34,828 nucleotides of DNA from an uncultured Erysipelotrichaceae bacterium (lineage in GTDB: Bacteria; Bacillota_I; Bacilli_A; RF39; UBA660): assembly GCA_902766875.1 (NCBI GenBank), contig CACXFI010000072.1, positions 1-34,828 on the forward strand, given 5' to 3'. A program made the position numbers and the translations under genes. This document shows positions 26,430 through 34,288 of this stretch, in pieces. Under the pieces are notes generated by a model. That model saw nothing but the letters and a program-made list of their open reading frames with translations. It was not told the DNA's origin and did not search any database. Positions within the stretch are counted from its first letter, which is position 1. Every line of letters starts with the position of its first letter.

Positions 26430-27731
26430 TTACTTAGAGATTTTTTTTAACATTTTTAACCATTCATTTTTTATTCTATTTATGTCGTATTTTTGTGAAT
26501 AATCATATGCTTTTTTAGTAATAGTATTTATTTTTTCTTTATCTTTTAAAAGAGTGATTATTTCACTTGAAAAAATATTTTTATCTCTATTCCTAACCAA
26601 GACTCCTCTATTATCTTTTAATAATATTTTGGCACCATTAGCACTATCAAAGGCTATACATGGAACAGAGTTAGACATAGCTTCCAATAATACTATGCCA
26701 AATGATTCCGTGTATGATGTCATTACATAGATATCATAGTTTGGTAATTTTTTTATTAATTCTTCATGAGGATAAAATCCACATATAGTAATATTATTCT
26801 TTAAATTCATATCATTAATCTTTTTCTTAAGATTATTTTTTTCACTGCCATCACCATAGATATCTAAATGAACTTGAGGTATTTCTTCTTTTACCATTTC
26901 TATGATATCTATCAAATCATCAAAACCTTTTTCGTAAGATAGTCTACCTATACTTACTAAATTATAATTAATTATATTTTTTTCTTTGTAAGGTGGTATT
27001 TTTTCAATAACATTTGGTATATATAGACATTTTGTTTTTTTGTTTTTAAATTTATCTTCATAGAAAGATTGCAAATCTTCACTGACTAGAACTAAATAAT
27101 CTATATTGATACATGATTTAATTAGATTATTAATATATTTCTTATCGTTGTTATGGTAGTTATGTTCTGTAGCTATTGCAATTATATTTTTATTTTTAAA
27201 AAAACTAACAATTCTGTTGTGAAAAGATCTAGTTGTTATAATATATTTACTATTTATTTTTCTTATTTCTTTTATGTTTAAATAGTGCTTTAAAAGTAAA
27301 ATTTTAAATAATTTTATTCCATTTTTTATAGTTAAAAGAATATTTTTGTTTTTTAAAGAAGTATAAAATTCTTCTTTATGTGGATAATCATTAATCAAAT
27401 ATCTTATTTTTATTTTTTTATCAAAACTATATGTAATTTTATTGTTAAGATTATATGTAGATATTATTTCAATATCATAATCATCTTTTAGCATTTGGGA
27501 AAGTGTATAAATATATTGTTCTATACCTCCAATACCTAAATGTAGAGCTAAAATTGTAATTTTGTTATTTTTTATTATTTTTTTATGATAATTATTATAG
27601 AAAATGAATAGTAATAAAAAAGTCAACAAAATAAGGCTATAAATATTTATGTTGTTTTTTGTTAAAAGATTATAGCCAATAATTATAATTATTATAGAAA
27701 AACATATAATATTAATAGTCTTTTTTATCAT
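26430..27731 (-). CDS. GT-B fold glycosyltransferase (GT4 family) with a two-helix N-terminal membrane anchor
   Basis: ILALHLGIGGIEQYI, GRLSYEKGFDDLI and SYTESFGIVLLEAMSNSVPCIAFD (E-x7-E region). AAGGAG SD. Confidence 0.8.
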   Translation of the reverse strand: MIKKTINIICFSIIIIIIGYNLLTKNNINIYSLILLTFLLLFIFYNNYHKKIIKNNKITILALHLGIGGIEQYIYTLSQMLKDDYDIEIISTYNLNNKITYSFDKKIKIRYLINDYPHKEEFYTSLKNKNILLTIKNGIKLFKILLLKHYLNIKEIRKINSKYIITTRSFHNRIVSFFKNKNIIAIATEHNYHNNDKKYINNLIKSCINIDYLVLVSEDLQSFYEDKFKNKKTKCLYIPNVIEKIPPYKEKNIINYNLVSIGRLSYEKGFDDLIDIIEMVKEEIPQVHLDIYGDGSEKNNLKKKINDMNLKNNITICGFYPHEELIKKLPNYDIYVMTSYTESFGIVLLEAMSNSVPCIAFDSANGAKILLKDNRGVLVRNRDKNIFSSEIITLLKDKEKINTITKKAYDYSQKYDINRIKNEWLKMLKKISK

Positions 27732-27757
27732 TTTATTCTCCTTATTTATATCACAAA

Positions 27758-28798
27758 TTAATTATTTTCAATATAATTAATCGTTCTCTTAAATCCTTCT
27801 TCTATAGAATAGATGGATTTCCAATTCAACTCTTTTTCTATCTTATCAGAAGATAGTATTCCAAGAGTGAAAGATGCATTACCTTTATTGTTGCTGTTGT
27901 CTATATTAGTTACTAATTTAATACCTCTATCTTTATATAGATTTACTAGTCTTTCAGCTAATTCTCTAATAGTTACCTTTGATTCTGGAGAGGATATATT
28001 GTATACTATATCTTTAGAGTCTAATAGCACTTTAAAAATTGCGGTTACGGCATCACCCACATATGTATATGTTCTAACTGATTCTCCACTACTCTTCATA
28101 ACTATATTTTCATGATTGACAATGTTTTTTAAAAAATCAGCTTGTACCCTGCCGTCATTAATTGACATATAAGGGCCGTATGTATGTGCCAATCTAACTA
28201 TTTTAGTATCAAGTCCATATTCTTCTTTACAAGATATGCACATATTTTCTGCAGCTCTTTTTCCTTCAGCATATCCGTTTCTTGGAATTAAATTATCTAC
28301 ATATCCAAGCTCCCCATCTTCATAAAAATATTCTTGATTAGCATTAGGTTGTCCATAGATCTCGCGTGAGGAAATAAACAAAAACTTTTTAACTTTATTT
28401 TGAATTGAAAATTTAAGTGTGTTTGCGCAACCAACGGTATTAGCTAAGTTTGTTTCAAATGGTCTATTTTTCATAATTATTGGACTAGCTGGAGAAGCTG
28501 CATGAATAAAATAATCAATTTTTATATCACAATTTAATGGATTTGTAACATCATATATTATAGTTTCGAAATTTTTATCTTCAAAAAAACTTTTATCTAA
28601 CTTATTTTTATTTCTAACAAATGCTATTATTTTATTGTTTGCATTATATTCTTTATTTAATACTATTAAAGTGCTAATAATATAAGATCCTATCATTCCA
28701 CTAGCACCAGTTATTCCAAAAGATGAATTTTTAATTTTTTTTAAACTAGGATTATTTTTTATTATATTTCTTGCATCTTCTACAATTATATGGTTCAT
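27758..28798 (-). CDS. Extended SDR (NAD-dependent epimerase/dehydratase/reductase family)
   Basis: ITGASGMIGSY (GxxGxxG), SSREIYG and YAEGKRAAE (YxxxK). Its start lies 1 nt after the IspD-like stop. Confidence 0.75.
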   Translation of the reverse strand: MNHIIVEDARNIIKNNPSLKKIKNSSFGITGASGMIGSYIISTLIVLNKEYNANNKIIAFVRNKNKLDKSFFEDKNFETIIYDVTNPLNCDIKIDYFIHAASPASPIIMKNRPFETNLANTVGCANTLKFSIQNKVKKFLFISSREIYGQPNANQEYFYEDGELGYVDNLIPRNGYAEGKRAAENMCISCKEEYGLDTKIVRLAHTYGPYMSINDGRVQADFLKNIVNHENIVMKSSGESVRTYTYVGDAVTAIFKVLLDSKDIVYNISSPESKVTIRELAERLVNLYKDRGIKLVTNIDNSNNKGNASFTLGILSSDKIEKELNWKSIYSIEEGFKRTINYIENN

Positions 28799-28799
28799 T

Positions 28800-29549
28800 T
28801 TATATATTATCCTTTTCTGATTTTAAATTTAAAAAATTAGAAAAATCTTCTGAAAGCATTTTACCTAGTATATCTATGTAATCGTTTGGTGTAGTAACTT
28901 TAATATTATCTCTATTTCCTATCACTATGTGTAATTTAAAATTTGAATTAAGAGCTATTGAACATGAATCAACAAATCCATCAAAACTCTTATTTTGAGC
29001 CAATACTTTATTATATGCATTTAATATTTCATTTAGTTTAAAACTTTGTGGAGCTTTAGCTACAAAAACATTGTTTCTAGTAAGTACTTCTTTAATAAAT
29101 ATTCCATCATCACTATAGATTGGTGTTTCAAAAGATGGAACACATGTAATGGCATTTCCATATTTTTTTACACTTTCAATATTTTTATCTATAATACTAT
29201 CATTTATATTAGGTCTAACACCATCATGGATTAAAACTATAGCATCATCATTATAGTTTTTAGCAAGATTTAAAACTCTATAGATAGTATCTAATCCACT
29301 ATTTCCACCTTCAATAATATTATTATTATTAATTTTTGTTATACTATACTTGCTTATTAATTCCTTTAGATATCCAATATATTCTTTTTTACATCCAACA
29401 TATATTTCGTCAATATTTTTATTATATTGAAATTTTTCTAGTGTATGTATAATTATTGGTTTACCATAAATTTCTAAAAATTGTTTAGGTGTTTTGCTCC
29501 CCATTCTAGAGCCCACTCCACCAGCAAATATCAAAGCAATAGTTTTCAT
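28800..29549 (-). CDS. IspD/TarI-family cytidylyltransferase (CDP-alditol or CDP-sugar synthase)
   Basis: IALIFAGGVGSRMGSKTPKQFLEIYGKPIIIHTLEKF...LIHDGVRP matches the IspD/TarI signature. TAGGAGG SD with a 5-nt spacer. Confidence 0.8.
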   Translation of the reverse strand: MKTIALIFAGGVGSRMGSKTPKQFLEIYGKPIIIHTLEKFQYNKNIDEIYVGCKKEYIGYLKELISKYSITKINNNNIIEGGNSGLDTIYRVLNLAKNYNDDAIVLIHDGVRPNINDSIIDKNIESVKKYGNAITCVPSFETPIYSDDGIFIKEVLTRNNVFVAKAPQSFKLNEILNAYNKVLAQNKSFDGFVDSCSIALNSNFKLHIVIGNRDNIKVTTPNDYIDILGKMLSEDFSNFLNLKSEKDNI

Positions 29550-29621
29550 TTTTACCTCCTAAATTGTATATAAAAAAATTATACAATATATTTTTTTAAA
29601 ATACTAGCACTTTATATAAAT

Positions 29622-30695
29622 TTAATTTTCTATGAAAATATTTTTTATTTTTTTCGAATTATTTTTTAATAGTTCTACTATTTTTAAAGTTATCCCCCCA
29701 AAAATTATAGAGATAATAATAACAATTAATAGTTCAATATAATATGAAATATGAATAGACATTTTTTTTATTATAAAGCCAATAACATCTATTATTAACC
29801 ATTGATTTATGTAGATTGGTAAACTTATTTTTTCTAAGAAAAAAAATAATTTATTATTACAAAAATCATTCATTAGTGATTTATTAGAAAACGATACAAC
29901 TATTGAACATGATATAATTATAATCATTAATAAATCATATCTAAAATGAGAATCTACTTTATTTGAAATTACAAAAATCGAAAAGTATCCTATTATTTCA
30001 AATAATGTTAATAGAAATCTTGAAAAATCTGTGAAATTAATGGTCTTAATTTTTTGGACTACTACATATAATATCATTCCTAAATTTATTCCAAATAAGC
30101 CTCTAATAATACCTCCATAAGAGAAAACATCTAAAGACCATGGTATAGCAAATGATTCATATTTTATTAGTATATAATTTATAAGTATATAACATAATAC
30201 TGGACTAAAAAAGTAAATAATTTTTTTTCTATATTTTAATACAAGTGGAAATAAAAGAGTTTCTACTATTATTAAGGATGTAATATACCATGTTATTCCA
30301 TAAATATCATAAACTCTATTTTGATATGTAGGAAGATATAATAGATTTAATATTATGTATGAAAAATCAACTATATTATATTTTTTTATTATTAGTACAT
30401 AGGGTAACGAAATCACAATTAGAAAAATTATATATGGTAAAAATCTTTTTATTTTGCTAATTGTAAAAGAAATAGTTTCTTTACCTAAATCATTTGTGTC
30501 TACATCTTTGTAATTAAGTGCTTTATTACAGAATAAATATCCAGAAACTATAAAAAAGAATTCAACAGCAATACTTCCACCATTGAAATTGTATTTCAAA
30601 TTAGCATATTTAAATCCTAGATGTAAAGCTATTATTAATATTGAAAAAGCAAATTTCCAAAAACTAATTATTCCATTATGTTTATTTTCTACCAT
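29622..30695 (-). CDS. Acyltransferase-3 family membrane O-acyltransferase (OafA/WecH type)
   Basis: About 10 TM helices. ISFWKFAFSILIIALH and AVEFFFIVSGYLF boxes are typical of Acyl_transf_3. Monocistronic, between a terminator and the ispD-like operon. Confidence 0.75.
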   Translation of the reverse strand: MVENKHNGIISFWKFAFSILIIALHLGFKYANLKYNFNGGSIAVEFFFIVSGYLFCNKALNYKDVDTNDLGKETISFTISKIKRFLPYIIFLIVISLPYVLIIKKYNIVDFSYIILNLLYLPTYQNRVYDIYGITWYITSLIIVETLLFPLVLKYRKKIIYFFSPVLCYILINYILIKYESFAIPWSLDVFSYGGIIRGLFGINLGMILYVVVQKIKTINFTDFSRFLLTLFEIIGYFSIFVISNKVDSHFRYDLLMIIIISCSIVVSFSNKSLMNDFCNNKLFFFLEKISLPIYINQWLIIDVIGFIIKKMSIHISYYIELLIVIIISIIFGGITLKIVELLKNNSKKIKNIFIEN

Positions 30696-30733
30696 GATAT
30701 CACCATATTCTGTATTAATTATATCTTATTAAC

Positions 30734-30762
30734 AAAAAAAATGCTAGTAAGTTTACTAGCAT
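30734..30762 (-). terminator. Intrinsic terminator after rfbB
   Basis: On the minus strand: ATGCTAGTAA/TTACTAGCAT 10-bp inverted repeat (30762..30741) abutting the stop codon, followed by T7-8 (30740..30734). Confidence 0.7.
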
Positions 30763-31767
30763 TTAATTTTTATATGCATTTTTATAGTCACCAGATAAAA
30801 TATCATCTATCCAATCTTGATTATTTATATACCAATCTATAGTTTCTTTAATTCCATCATCAAAATTTCTTGTTAATTTCCAACCTAATTCTTTTTCTAC
30901 TTTTTTAGAGTCAATTGCATATCTTAAATCATGTCCTGGTCTATCTTTAACAAAAGAAATTAAACTTTCTGGTTTATTTAAGTGTTTTAAGATTGTTTTA
31001 ACAACTTCTAAGTTTGTTTTTTCAGAATGACCACCTAAATTATATACTTCTCCTATTTTACCATTATGGATAATTAAATCCACACCAACATTATGATCAT
31101 AAACATTAATCCAATCTCTTACATTTTTTCCATCGCCATATACTGGGATTTTTTCATTTTTTAATGCTTTTGTTATAACAACAGGTATTAATTTTTCAGG
31201 AAATTGGTATGGTCCATAATTATTTGAACATCTTGAAATAGTTACAGGTAAACCATATGTGCGATAATATGCTAACGCTAATAAATCAGCGCTTGCTTTT
31301 GAAGATGAATATGGACTTGATGGTTTTATATTTGAGTCTTCAGTAAATAATAAATCTAATCTATCTAGTGGTAAATCTCCATATACTTCATCTGTAGATA
31401 TTTGATGATATCTTTTGACCTTATATTTTAATGAAGCAGATAATAATACTTGTGTTCCTATAATATTTGTATCTAAAAATAATCTAGGATTTTTTATTGA
31501 ATTATCAACATGACTTTCTGCTGCAAAATTAATAACAATATCAAAATTTTCTTTTTCAAATAAATCTTCTACAATTTTTTTATCACTAATATCCCCTTTA
31601 ACAAATCTAAAATTATTACTATCTAGAATTGGCTTTAAATTATTATAATTACCTGCATATGTTAACGCATCTAGACAAATAAAATCATAATCTTTATATT
31701 TATTTACCATATAATGTAAAAAGTTACTTCCTATAAATCCTGCTCCACCTGTTACTAATATTTTCAT
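30763..31767 (-). CDS. rfbB: dTDP-glucose 4,6-dehydratase
   Basis: VTGGAGFIGSNF, ISTDEVYGD, YSSSKASADLL, and the C-terminal RPGHDLRYAID box. AGGAGA SD. Confidence 0.9.
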   Translation of the reverse strand: MKILVTGGAGFIGSNFLHYMVNKYKDYDFICLDALTYAGNYNNLKPILDSNNFRFVKGDISDKKIVEDLFEKENFDIVINFAAESHVDNSIKNPRLFLDTNIIGTQVLLSASLKYKVKRYHQISTDEVYGDLPLDRLDLLFTEDSNIKPSSPYSSSKASADLLALAYYRTYGLPVTISRCSNNYGPYQFPEKLIPVVITKALKNEKIPVYGDGKNVRDWINVYDHNVGVDLIIHNGKIGEVYNLGGHSEKTNLEVVKTILKHLNKPESLISFVKDRPGHDLRYAIDSKKVEKELGWKLTRNFDDGIKETIDWYINNQDWIDDILSGDYKNAYKN

Positions 31768-31778
31768 ATATACATCTC

Positions 31779-32651
31779 CTATCTTTCTAATAATGATAAA
31801 ATATACTTACCATAATCAGTCTTTTTAAGCTTTTCTCCTGATTCTTTTAATTGTTTATCATTTATATATCCTTTTCTCCATGCTATTTCTTCTAAACAAG
31901 CTATGTATAGCCCTTGACGTTCTTGAACTGTTTCTACAAAAGATGATGCTCTTAACATATTAGATGGAGTCCCTGTATCAAGCCAAGCCATTCCTCTCCA
32001 CATAATTTGAACTTTTAAATCACCTCTTTTTAGATATTCTTTATTTATATCTGTTATTTCAAGTTCTCCTCTGTCTGAAGGTTTAATATTTTTAGCTATA
32101 TTAATTACATTATTGTCATAAAAATATAAACCAGGAACTGCATATTTTGATTTCGGTACTTTTGGTTTTTCTTCTAAAGATATGACTTCATATTTATCAT
32201 TAAACTCTACTACACCAAAATCAGTTGGGTTGTTAACAGAATATCCAAATATCAAAGCTCCAAAATTTGGTTTTGATTTAGATGCTTTTTCTAACATTTC
32301 AGTTAACCCATTCCCATAGAAAACATTATCCCCTAGAATAAGGCATACATTGTCGTCTTTAATAAAATCCTCTCCTAATATAAAGGCATCACCTATACCA
32401 TTTGGTTTTGGTTGTATTTTATATTCAATAGATATTCCTAGCTGTTTTCCATCTCCTAATAAATCTTTATATAAATCTATTGACTCTTTTGTCGAAATTA
32501 ATAAAATCTCTTTAATACCAGCTAATAATAATACAGATAAGGGATAATAAATCATCGGCTTATCATATATTGGTAATAATTGTTTAGATACAGGTATAGT
32601 CATTGGATATAATCTAGTACCTTTTCCACCAGCTAATATAATACCTTTCAT
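31779..32651 (-). CDS. rfbA: Glucose-1-phosphate thymidylyltransferase
   Basis: [36 protein letters not shown]...GLYFYD...WLDTGT. The ATG at 32651 is preceded by AAAGGAG; the track start at 32693 would overlap the upstream gene. Confidence 0.9.
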   Translation of the reverse strand: MKGIILAGGKGTRLYPMTIPVSKQLLPIYDKPMIYYPLSVLLLAGIKEILLISTKESIDLYKDLLGDGKQLGISIEYKIQPKPNGIGDAFILGEDFIKDDNVCLILGDNVFYGNGLTEMLEKASKSKPNFGALIFGYSVNNPTDFGVVEFNDKYEVISLEEKPKVPKSKYAVPGLYFYDNNVINIAKNIKPSDRGELEITDINKEYLKRGDLKVQIMWRGMAWLDTGTPSNMLRASSFVETVQERQGLYIACLEEIAWRKGYINDKQLKESGEKLKKTDYGKYILSLLER

Positions 32652-32667
32652 TGTTCTCACTCCTTTA

Positions 32668-33012
32668 TTATATAGAATAAATAAATACCCCAAAGACTAT
32701 AATCAATAATCCTAGAAACTTCTTTTTTGATATTTTTTCTTTAATAAACAGGTAACTTAATATGGCTATAAAAATATATTCTGTAGCCCCTAAAATTGGC
32801 CCCATTGATAAAGGAATATATTTATAAGCAAATAATGTACATAAAGTGGCTGAAAAAAACATGAAATAGGCAAATAAGGTTTTAAAATTTAAATATTCTT
32901 TTATTTTTGAATCTCTTTTAATCAAAGCTGACTTTTTTAATAAAATTTGGGCAAATGATGATACTATTACTCCAAAAATATATATCATTGAGTAAATAAA
33001 CATTTTATTCAT
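32668..33012 (-). CDS. Small 4-TM EamA/DMT half-transporter, ArnE/ArnF-like (putative lipid-linked sugar flippase subunit)
   Basis: About 114 aa with four hydrophobic helices and a [11 protein letters not shown] box as in ArnE/ArnF. The ATG at 33012 overlaps the upstream stop (ATGAATAA). Confidence 0.55.
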   Translation of the reverse strand: MNKMFIYSMIYIFGVIVSSFAQILLKKSALIKRDSKIKEYLNFKTLFAYFMFFSATLCTLFAYKYIPLSMGPILGATEYIFIAILSYLFIKEKISKKKFLGLLIIVFGVFIYSI

Positions 33013-33346
33013 GTTCACTCACCACCAAACTAACCCCAATTAAGACGGCTAAACTTCCAATAATCATTTTTATGGTTATTACTTCTTTGAAAAATAGAAG
33101 TCCCCATATCATTGCCCATATGATGGTAATTGATTTATTAAAGAAAGCAGTCGTTAAAGGTATTTTTTTTAGTATTTGTTGCCATAATATTGTATAAATG
33201 AATAATATTAAAATTGATAATCCATAAAATAAGAAAAATTTTAATGACAAGAAAGTATAAGAGGAAGCTAATTTTGAGAACACTCCACAAAATGAAAACA
33301 TAAATAAAGACAAGTGAAGAAAGATATAATCTTTAGTTTTATTCAT
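33005..33346 (-). CDS. Small 4-TM EamA/DMT half-transporter, ArnE/ArnF-like (second subunit)
   Basis: About 113 aa with four helices and a CGVFSKLAS box. The ATG at 33346 overlaps the ArnC-like stop (ATGAATAA), and an AGGAGA SD lies inside the upstream gene. Confidence 0.55.
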   Translation of the reverse strand: MNKTKDYIFLHLSLFMFSFCGVFSKLASSYTFLSLKFFLFYGLSILILFIYTILWQQILKKIPLTTAFFNKSITIIWAMIWGLLFFKEVITIKMIIGSLAVLIGVSLVVSEHE

Positions 33347-34286
33347 CATTTTCTCCTGAACAATTGATTTTTTCTCTAATAACATATTGTGGTGAATTAT
33401 TTATGCTTATATATATTCTTCCTATATATTCTCCAATCATCCCAAGCATTAACATGATAATACCACTAACAAATAAAATAATTGCCATAATTGAACTATA
33501 ACCTTGGCTAATAGAAGAATTGACTAGTTTCTGAATAATTATAAATATACCATAAATAAATCCTAAGAAAGAGGTTATAAATCCTATAAAAGTAGCAATA
33601 CGTAGTGGTTTAATTGAAAAAGCAGTAAATCCATTTATCCATAAACTAAACATTTTTTTAAAAGTAAAATTAGTATTTCCACTTATTCTAGATCGTTCTT
33701 CCATTTCCACATTCACAATATCACTAGTAGTTCTCAACATAAGGCCAGTCATATATGGATATGGATTATGATATTTTTTTATCTCATCAACGACAAATTT
33801 CTTCAAAATAGCAAAATTTGTAAACATTAATTCTTTAGGTTTTCCAATAATGAACTCGGTCATCTTTTTGTTAACTTCACTACCAAAATTTTTAAACTTG
33901 CTTTGTTTTTTTTCTGGATATTTAGCTATTGCAACATCATGTCCTTTTTCTAATTCATCAATAAGAAGCCATAATTTATCCATAGGGCATTGACCATCAT
34001 CATCCATAAGTACAATATAATCTCCAGTAACTTCCGACATTCCAGCCATAAGAGCTCCAGGCCTATTCATATTTTTAGCTAAATTAATAAGCTTAATTTT
34101 TTTATCTTTTTTAGCTAAAGAGCATAAAACTTTCCATACATTATCTGGAGATTTATCATTTACAGCTACTATTTCATAATCATATTTATTATTTTTATTA
34201 ACAATCTTTTTTATTTCATCAATAACTATTGATACTGTTTTTTCACTACCGTAACATGGAATTATAAAGCTTATTTTACTTTCCAT
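33339..34286 (-). CDS. GT2 undecaprenyl-phosphate sugar synthase, ArnC/GtrB type (two C-terminal TM helices)
   Basis: ISFIIPCYGSEKTV...VAVNDKSPDN...LMDDDGQCP, plus the C-terminal FSIKPLRIATFIG...MLGMIGEYIGRIYISINNSPQY tail. AGGTGA SD. Confidence 0.75.
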   Translation of the reverse strand: MESKISFIIPCYGSEKTVSIVIDEIKKIVNKNNKYDYEIVAVNDKSPDNVWKVLCSLAKKDKKIKLINLAKNMNRPGALMAGMSEVTGDYIVLMDDDGQCPMDKLWLLIDELEKGHDVAIAKYPEKKQSKFKNFGSEVNKKMTEFIIGKPKELMFTNFAILKKFVVDEIKKYHNPYPYMTGLMLRTTSDIVNVEMEERSRISGNTNFTFKKMFSLWINGFTAFSIKPLRIATFIGFITSFLGFIYGIFIIIQKLVNSSISQGYSSIMAIILFVSGIIMLMLGMIGEYIGRIYISINNSPQYVIREKINCSGENDE

Positions 34287-34288
34287 GA

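Noticed and set aside
7636-28115. Plus-strand ORFs of 60-109 aa listed in the track (7636..7893, 12998..13180, 13549..13809, 14411..14653, 14752..14961, 15553..15741, 18011..18226, 19100..19429, 23306..23626, 24850..25041, 27813..28115, 29046..29234, 32350..32547)
   Set aside because: All lie antisense and fully inside, or straddling, well-supported minus-strand genes. They lack Shine-Dalgarno sites and have low-complexity or Ser/Leu/Ile-rich shadow-frame composition. They are treated as antisense artefacts.
29563-29587. ATTGTATA-N9-TATACAAT palindrome between the acyltransferase stop and the ispD-like start
   Set aside because: The 8-bp stem has a single G:C pair and a 9-nt loop with no clean downstream T-run, so it is too weak to call a terminator. 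It could be an operator, but nothing supports that.
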